DNA of 53,990 bases from Methanobacteriota archaeon (GTDB lineage: Archaea; Thermoplasmatota; Poseidoniia; Poseidoniales; Poseidoniaceae). Location: assembly GCA_018666575.1 (NCBI GenBank), contig JABIYX010000152.1, positions 1 through 53,990 of the forward strand, in the 5' to 3' direction. The position numbers were made by a program, and so were the translations under genes. This document shows positions 48,148-53,990 of this stretch, piece by piece; the first letter of the stretch is position 1; each line of letters opens with the position of its first letter. The notes under the pieces are model-generated. The model made no database searches and was not told the origin of the DNA. It was given only the letters and a program-made list of their open reading frames with translations.

Positions 48148-48596
48148 CGGTTTGAAGCACCCCTGTAAGTCGTATAATGGTAGTTATACGACATTTGAAT
48201 TTGATTCCCTGACATATTGCTTCAGTCAAGATTCAGTTATATCCCGCAGTACCTCGTTTTCATACACTCGGGGGATTTCAATCTTCAATAAATGGTCAAT
48301 TCCGCACTCCAAGTAGGGGGTCGAAGCGGTATATTCAGCCATTATTGAGCCAAAGAGTATATTTGATGGCGCCAACGAGTTATCATCATGTCCAATGTCG
48401 AAGGTTTTTGTCTAAAGTGTAAAACATATGGTCCGATCAAAGATGGGAAAGAAATCAAGATGACAAACGGAAGAACAAGGTGTGCAGGATTTTGTTCTCA
48501 AGATGGATGTACAGGGAAGATTTCCAAAATCATCTCTTGATTCGTCAATACAAACCGATGCCGATAAATACGCGTCTTTAGTGGGACAACTACCTA

Positions 48597-48670
48597 GGGC
48601 TCGTGGTCTAGGGGTTTATGACGTTGCCTTGACATGGCAAAGATCGAGAGTTCGATTCTCTCCGAGCCCA
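48597..48670 (+). tRNA. tRNA-Val(GAC), intronless, CCA not encoded
   Basis: Acceptor GGGCTCG/CGAGCCC, anticodon arm TTGCC-TTGACAT-GGCAA, T arm GAGAG-TTCGATT-CTCTC. Confidence 0.96.
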
Positions 48671-48730
48671 CTAATGAAATCATACTAGTTTGTATTTGCG
48701 AGAAAGAAATAATAATTATTATTCAAATAA

Positions 48731-49093
48731 TTAATCTTCATGAATCACTTCAATATCGGTTGTGACATTTTTTTCCTCAATTTTTGCCAATGGTTCATCG
48801 TCACCGAGGTTTGAGAAATCGGTATTCCCACCCACCCAGGTTTGTATTTCATCAGTTTGTAGAAATTCTTCATCGAGTGGAGATACTGAACCAGATAATG
48901 AATACGCAGTAGGATCAATCTTACGTTCTTGTATGCGCTGGCCAGGTTCTGGAGCTTTTCTCTCTTCCATTGGTAACGTTGCGTGGAATAATCCACACTC
49001 TGGACATTTGAATGTACCATCTGCTTCTATTGTGCCGCAAGAGGGACACCTTACTGAACGAATGAACGTCTGTAGTGGATCTGTCAAATTCAA
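48731..49093 (-). CDS. Small Zn-ribbon protein
   Basis: CPSC...CPEC with an acidic tail; TTG start overlaps the upstream stop. Confidence 0.7.
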   Translation of the reverse strand: MNLTDPLQTFIRSVRCPSCGTIEADGTFKCPECGLFHATLPMEERKAPEPGQRIQERKIDPTAYSLSGSVSPLDEEFLQTDEIQTWVGGNTDFSNLGDDEPLAKIEEKNVTTDIEVIHED

Positions 49094-51072
49094 TCCTCTG
49101 GAATAAACATTTCATCTTGGTAAGCGGTTATTTCATCACCAGTTTCGTCTTCCTCAATAGTTATTGTGCCTTCTTCATCATCAAATTCTACGATAGTGCC
49201 GTAGTACTCTTCTCCGTCGATATCAACGCCTACATAGGATCCAATGTCAAGTTCATCGCTTCCAGATTCATCATCCTCATCCGCTTCTTCTAATTCCTCA
49301 TCATCAGATTCTTCTGCGATTTCTTCAGAGTCCTCATCATCTTCTTCTGATTCTTCTCTTGAATCCTCTTCAGAATCATTCTCAAGAGATTCTTGGACAT
49401 CCGCCTTATCTTCGCTAACTTCCTTCATGGCTTTTACTCGAGCCCTCCAAGATGGAGCTAGGACAAGGTGTGTGTATAGGCTGCCAATTAATCCTAAAGT
49501 GGATAAGACCATCAATATAATTCCATCAATATAGAATCCGCCTGGCATTGAACTTGCATCTCCAGCGAGTGGCGTTAGCGAGTTCTTACATTCTCCCACT
49601 TGTACTGTAGGTTCACAAGGATATGCTTTACCTTCGTCGATCACGATGTTTTGATTATTCATCCAGCCATTACCATCATCAGTTTCTAATTCGACTGTAC
49701 CTCCTCCGCCATCGACGAACGGGAATAAACCATTTGCCAAAGCTGCTATGATCATAATTGCCAATCCTGTGTGGATAAGCGGCCAAAACACATCGTGCCA
49801 TTTCTTTGACATGAAACGCGTGTGCCATTTAGTAGGGAACGTTTTGACTGATTCCGCCTCTTCATCTTCGAGGCTGGCTATTGAATCCTCATGTGATTCA
49901 ATTGAGTTTACGAATTCAATCATGTCAATATTACCATCTGAATTTTCATCCATAGATTCCATCATCGAATCGAGTTCGGATTCAGATAACTCATATTCAA
50001 GGAAAATTGTGAGTTTAGAACCAAGTTCTTCCCTTGTAATCCTTCGATTTCCGTCTTCATCCATGTCGCCAAAGGCGTTTGCTAATGTCAAATCTTGTTC
50101 ATCGATTGAGTCGAGTATGTCTTCATAAATCTGGGAGATACTTCGTGCCTCAGTTTCTGATTCCTCTAGAGTTTCCTCAGTTTCTTCTTCCAGTATATCT
50201 TCATCAATTAGCTCTTGAACCAATTCTTCTTCGACCACTTCTTCGGATATTTCATCGAGTTCTTCTTCAGTTTCTTCTTCGACGATTTTTTCCTCTGAGT
50301 CATGTGCGACGACTTCTTCCACAGCCTCTTCTTCAACAGGTGCTTTGAATTCTTCTTCAGATTCATAGGCTTCATCATCATCAGATTCTACCTCTTCGTT
50401 TCGAGTATTCCATGCATTAGCAGCAGTTTGCAATTCTTCTTTCTTGAGATACGAATTGTCATCGGAATTGTAGCCTTGTGCGAAAGTTAGGAATTCTTCC
50501 TTATCAGAATCATTGATTTCTGCAGCTTTCATTACTCTGGAAAGAACACTTTCACTGTAATCAAGAACAGTCCCTCCCTCAGAGGATTCATTTATAATCG
50601 ACTCCGTTTCTTCCTCGAGAATATTACCTCCAATAATCGTCTGAAGTTCTTCAAGATCTACAAGACTATCTCCGTCCTCATCGATAGCTTGGACTAATTT
50701 ATCCACTTGACTCGGCGGCAAATCAGCCAAATTAAGTGACAGCAATCCTGCTTTCAGTTCATCAGAATCAATACGACCGTCTCCGTTTGTATCAAATCTG
50801 CCGAAGAGTGTTTTGACATCCATAGAATTGGTTGCCATCCATGTACGCAAGATATCAATGACATCATCCGCAACAAAAACTACGCCGCAATCAGGACATT
50901 TAGTGGAATCAAGTGGAACAAGTGAATTACATGCTCCACATTCTCCAAGGGCGTCTTCTGAAACACCTGAGAATGAGATATTACATTCCGGGCAGTTGCT
51001 CGAGGTAATTGGCACAACTGCTCGGCAGGAACCACATTCCGCCATTGCAACATCTTCATTTTCGTCAGTCAT
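49090..51072 (-). CDS. Membrane protein with a double Zn ribbon, multiple EF-hands and acidic linkers
   Basis: Four CxxC; EF loops DTNGDGRIDSDE, DEDGDSLVDLEE, NSDDNSYLKKEE, DEDGNRRITREE and DENSDGNIDMIE; 2 TMs. Confidence 0.85.
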   Translation of the reverse strand: MTDENEDVAMAECGSCRAVVPITSSNCPECNISFSGVSEDALGECGACNSLVPLDSTKCPDCGVVFVADDVIDILRTWMATNSMDVKTLFGRFDTNGDGRIDSDELKAGLLSLNLADLPPSQVDKLVQAIDEDGDSLVDLEELQTIIGGNILEEETESIINESSEGGTVLDYSESVLSRVMKAAEINDSDKEEFLTFAQGYNSDDNSYLKKEELQTAANAWNTRNEEVESDDDEAYESEEEFKAPVEEEAVEEVVAHDSEEKIVEEETEEELDEISEEVVEEELVQELIDEDILEEETEETLEESETEARSISQIYEDILDSIDEQDLTLANAFGDMDEDGNRRITREELGSKLTIFLEYELSESELDSMMESMDENSDGNIDMIEFVNSIESHEDSIASLEDEEAESVKTFPTKWHTRFMSKKWHDVFWPLIHTGLAIMIIAALANGLFPFVDGGGGTVELETDDGNGWMNNQNIVIDEGKAYPCEPTVQVGECKNSLTPLAGDASSMPGGFYIDGIILMVLSTLGLIGSLYTHLVLAPSWRARVKAMKEVSEDKADVQESLENDSEEDSREESEEDDEDSEEIAEESDDEELEEADEDDESGSDELDIGSYVGVDIDGEEYYGTIVEFDDEEGTITIEEDETGDEITAYQDEMFIPED

Positions 51073-51182
51073 ACCATCGTCACCGGTTTGACTCAACACC
51101 TTGGCGATTATAATCCTTCATGATGATTTTAACGATGAAACCTATGTATCTCTTGTGTTCTCCTTTACTCAAGGGGATAAAT

Positions 51183-52037
51183 ATGGCTGGGCAAATTCAT
51201 ACACTCCTCTTTCCCTCAACTGATGAATTAGTTTCCTTTTTTGATCGTGTTGATACCGACAATACATCTCACAAGCTCTTCATCTCAAGATTGCCCCAAA
51301 GAAGATTAGTAGAGCGTTTAGATATTACGGATATTGAATGTTATTGGCTTACTGATAAACCTGCAGATGGGGCCATAGAACCAAGTTATCAGAAGATACT
51401 GTCATTAATTTCAAACAGGTTATCAAATCATAAAGGTTCGATTTTCATAGAAGGATCAGAATGGCTTGTATCTTTACATGGTTTTGATGCTTTACTCGGA
51501 TTCATTCGTACGCTTTCAGATTCCCTACATCGCACATATTGGAATGTGTATTTATCGATTGAACAAGACTCATTCACACCCACTGAATTCAATCATATCA
51601 TTAGGGAGGCACCGATTTACCAAATGAGTGATAATGAACCAACTTATGGTGTCGAAGAAGGTTCAATAGAACCAATGCAGCGTATAATATCTGAACACAT
51701 TGATGTAGATTTACATGAAGATGGTTCTCCCAAACTGGTATTTTTAACCCGGTTGCCAGAGAGTGGATTTACGAAATCCCTGCTTCAGAGGAGAGTGCTA
51801 CAATGGCGACGAATGGGTCTCGATGTTTCCGAAATTGAATCAGCACTCTATTCAACAAATAAAGAATCAATGTATCAATCATACACTATTATCGAAGAAA
51901 AGGTTCGTAGAGCAGTCCAACTTGACAATTGGATCTCAGAATATGTTACAGATTCTCAAGAACGATCAGTTGCTCAATTCAGAGTTCGCCAACTCACTGG
52001 ATTAGATGAATTAGAGCAGAGATATTTCCCGGATTAG
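51183..52037 (+). CDS. DUF835-domain protein (inactive KaiC/RecA-like fold)
   Basis: FISR...CYWLT...IEP...IFIEGSEWLVSLHGFDALLGFIRTLSD matches the DUF835 pattern. Confidence 0.75.
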   Translation: MAGQIHTLLFPSTDELVSFFDRVDTDNTSHKLFISRLPQRRLVERLDITDIECYWLTDKPADGAIEPSYQKILSLISNRLSNHKGSIFIEGSEWLVSLHGFDALLGFIRTLSDSLHRTYWNVYLSIEQDSFTPTEFNHIIREAPIYQMSDNEPTYGVEEGSIEPMQRIISEHIDVDLHEDGSPKLVFLTRLPESGFTKSLLQRRVLQWRRMGLDVSEIESALYSTNKESMYQSYTIIEEKVRRAVQLDNWISEYVTDSQERSVAQFRVRQLTGLDELEQRYFPD

Positions 52038-53585
52038 TTTAGGAATACGGTTCGTTTCAGCTTCTATCAATGAGAGCCAAGACGATTGTAGCATCTCCGA
52101 TGCAATTTCCCTTAACTCTGAACTTGTTGTTCTATCAGATACATCATCTTGAATAATCGTATCAGCGCATCTTACCAATACTTCTACTTGGGTTGATGAT
52201 TTGTGATGCATGAAATGTAATCCACGTCGAGCGACGAAGAGTTCACAAGCAAGAACCTCTGATGATCTTCGGACTGCTTGTAACAAATTCCAACACGCTG
52301 TAGATCCCATGCTCACATGGTCTTCTTGGCCTGCGGATGTTGGTGTTGAGAATGATGTTCGAGGTGATGCATGACCGTGTAATTCGCCGAGAGCGGCTGC
52401 TGCAGAGTATTGGACTATCATCAAACCGGATTCAAGTCCAGGATCTTCTGCTAAAAATGGTTTGATAGCAAGTCGATTTGGATCGAGCATTTGGTCGATT
52501 CTTCGCTCACTAATAGAAGATATTTCGAATAAGGATAATGCCATTGCGTCCGCTGTTAGGGCTAGGATTTCACCATGGAAGTTTCCTTGAGAAATAATTT
52601 CATGACGCCCAGGATTTGATATGTCAGGGAAAATGAGAGGATTGTCAGTCGCAGAATTCAACTCAGTGTATACAACTTCATTTAACCGTTGTAGAGTTTC
52701 GGATACTGCTCCATGTACTTGTGGTATACAGCGGAAAGAATACGGGTCTTGTACTCTGTTACAGTCCTTATGATTGGCCAAAATTTGAGAACCCGACAAT
52801 ATATTTCGAATACGGTTTGAGACAAAAATCTGACCGGGGTGTGGGCGGGCATTGTGAACGCGTTCATCCATAGGCGTAATTGTTGATTCTGTTGCATCTA
52901 TCGACATGCATGCTACGAGGTCAGAATAGGTTAGCATATTCTTGAGACGTTCCAACGCCAAACAGAGAAAACCTGTCATTTGACTTGTCCCGTTGATCAG
53001 TGAGAGCCCATCCTTTGCACGTAATGTAAGGGGGAGCAATTCGCACTCCATTAACACATCTTTTGCAACGCGGATCTCCCCAAGGTAGTTTACCTTCCCT
53101 TCTCCTATCAATCCTAAAGCTAAGTGTGAGAGGGGCGCTAAATCTCCACTGGCACCCAAACTGCCAATTCTAGGAACTGTAGGGTGTATTCCTTTGTTAA
53201 GAAATGCCACGAGTTGATTGATAACATCTGGGTGACAGCCAGAATTTCCCTTCACTAATGAGTTAATTCGCACACACATCATCGCACGAACCTCCTCAAT
53301 TGACATGTATTCGCCCAAGCCTGTTGCATGTGAACGAATAAGATTCAGTTGAAGGGTTTCAAGTTCTTGCGAATTTATTTGAGTATTCACCAAGGATCCA
53401 AATCCAGTATTTATGCCATAAACAACTTCATGTTCATTCAATATACGTTCCACAACAGCACGTGAATTACAGACACGAATCATCGATTCTTCTGCAATGC
53501 TAACAAGCGCATTATTGGAAGCAACTTCAACAACTTCGGAAGAAGTTAATGTTGTTCCATCAAGAGTTATTGTTCGCATATTCAT
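52011..53585 (-). CDS. hutH: Histidine ammonia-lyase
   Basis: VYGINTGFG, GASGDLAPL (MIO), VQDPYSFRCIPQVHG and QEDHVSMG. Confidence 0.95.
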   Translation of the reverse strand: MNMRTITLDGTTLTSSEVVEVASNNALVSIAEESMIRVCNSRAVVERILNEHEVVYGINTGFGSLVNTQINSQELETLQLNLIRSHATGLGEYMSIEEVRAMMCVRINSLVKGNSGCHPDVINQLVAFLNKGIHPTVPRIGSLGASGDLAPLSHLALGLIGEGKVNYLGEIRVAKDVLMECELLPLTLRAKDGLSLINGTSQMTGFLCLALERLKNMLTYSDLVACMSIDATESTITPMDERVHNARPHPGQIFVSNRIRNILSGSQILANHKDCNRVQDPYSFRCIPQVHGAVSETLQRLNEVVYTELNSATDNPLIFPDISNPGRHEIISQGNFHGEILALTADAMALSLFEISSISERRIDQMLDPNRLAIKPFLAEDPGLESGLMIVQYSAAAALGELHGHASPRTSFSTPTSAGQEDHVSMGSTACWNLLQAVRRSSEVLACELFVARRGLHFMHHKSSTQVEVLVRCADTIIQDDVSDRTTSSELREIASEMLQSSWLSLIEAETNRIPKLIREISLL

Positions 53586-53586
53586 G

Positions 53587-53990
53587 TCACTCACCATTAA
53601 AAATTCGTTCGAGGAGATCCATATCAACGCTGTTCGGTAAGGTAACTTTCAATGACGGGTTTATTTCCATAGCCTGTTTTATTGAAGATACTGCACCTGA
53701 GTTGCGAGCCCATGCTCTTCTAGCAACACCGTTGTTAACATCCCAATGAAGCATCGACTGGAGTCTATTTTTAGATTCTAAAGACCCATCGATTACCATT
53801 CCAAAGCCGCCATTCATCACTTCGCCCCAGCCAACACCTCCACCATTGTGTAAACTAACCCAGGTTGCTCCGCGAATTGCATCTCCGATGAAATTCTGAA
53901 CAGCCATGTCAGCTGTCCATTTTGAACCATCTCGTATATTTGCAGTCTCTCTGTAAGGAGAATCAGTACCACTTACATCGTGATGGTCTC
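53587..53990 (-). CDS. hutU: Urocanate hydratase, C-terminal part (5'-truncated)
   Basis: DHHDVSGTDSPYRET, GATWVSLHNGGGVGWG and WDVNNGVARR. Confidence 0.95.
   Translation of the reverse strand, partial: DHHDVSGTDSPYRETANIRDGSKWTADMAVQNFIGDAIRGATWVSLHNGGGVGWGEVMNGGFGMVIDGSLESKNRLQSMLHWDVNNGVARRAWARNSGAVSSIKQAMEINPSLKVTLPNSVDMDLLERIFNGE

Noticed and set aside
48180..48240. Selenocysteine or stop-codon readthrough in the broken minus-strand frame
   Set aside because: The frame contains TGA, TAA and TAG stops, and other genes in the window use the standard code.
48597..48730. Integrated element at tRNA-Val
   Set aside because: No integrase and no duplicated tRNA 3' end seen in the window.

Overview
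Gene-dense chromosomal segment of an archaeon, most consistent with Marine Group II Euryarchaeota (Ca. Poseidoniales, Thermoplasmatota). This assignment is inferred from archaeal r-proteins S19e/L39e/L31e/S17e, a ~293-nt archaeal SRP RNA, tRNA splicing endonuclease, archease, Kae1, geranylgeranyl reductase, many bacterial-type metabolic genes, and large TSP3/Ig-repeat surface proteins. Content: partial MqnC, PNGase F-like lipoprotein, GGR, bacterial-type TopB, PyrD, CcmE, SRP RNA, archease, EndA, M6 protease, TatC fusion, PntAA/AB/B, Mdh, YgfZ-IscA, TPR protein, r-protein cluster, TrmJ, an RHH-folE-queE-queC-msrB-queD operon, ABC exporter, methylmalonyl-CoA mutase/epimerase, SlyD, Kae1, HutI/H/U and tRNA-Val(GAC). 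I found no mobile element, CRISPR array or rRNA. Best novelty candidates: (1) a possible Ca2+-sensing set, namely a membrane-anchored multi-EF-hand/Zn-ribbon protein that shares a ~45-aa EF-hand module with an unlinked TPR protein and lies beside a DUF835 gene; (2) TatC fused to a Cys-containing domain resembling the HdrA N-terminus, next to a secreted CxCH protein; (3) an RHH-led preQ0 operon with msrB inside it and a palindromic candidate operator; (4) a degenerate HldE-like kinase beside archease and EndA. All calls come from reading motifs by eye; no searches were run.
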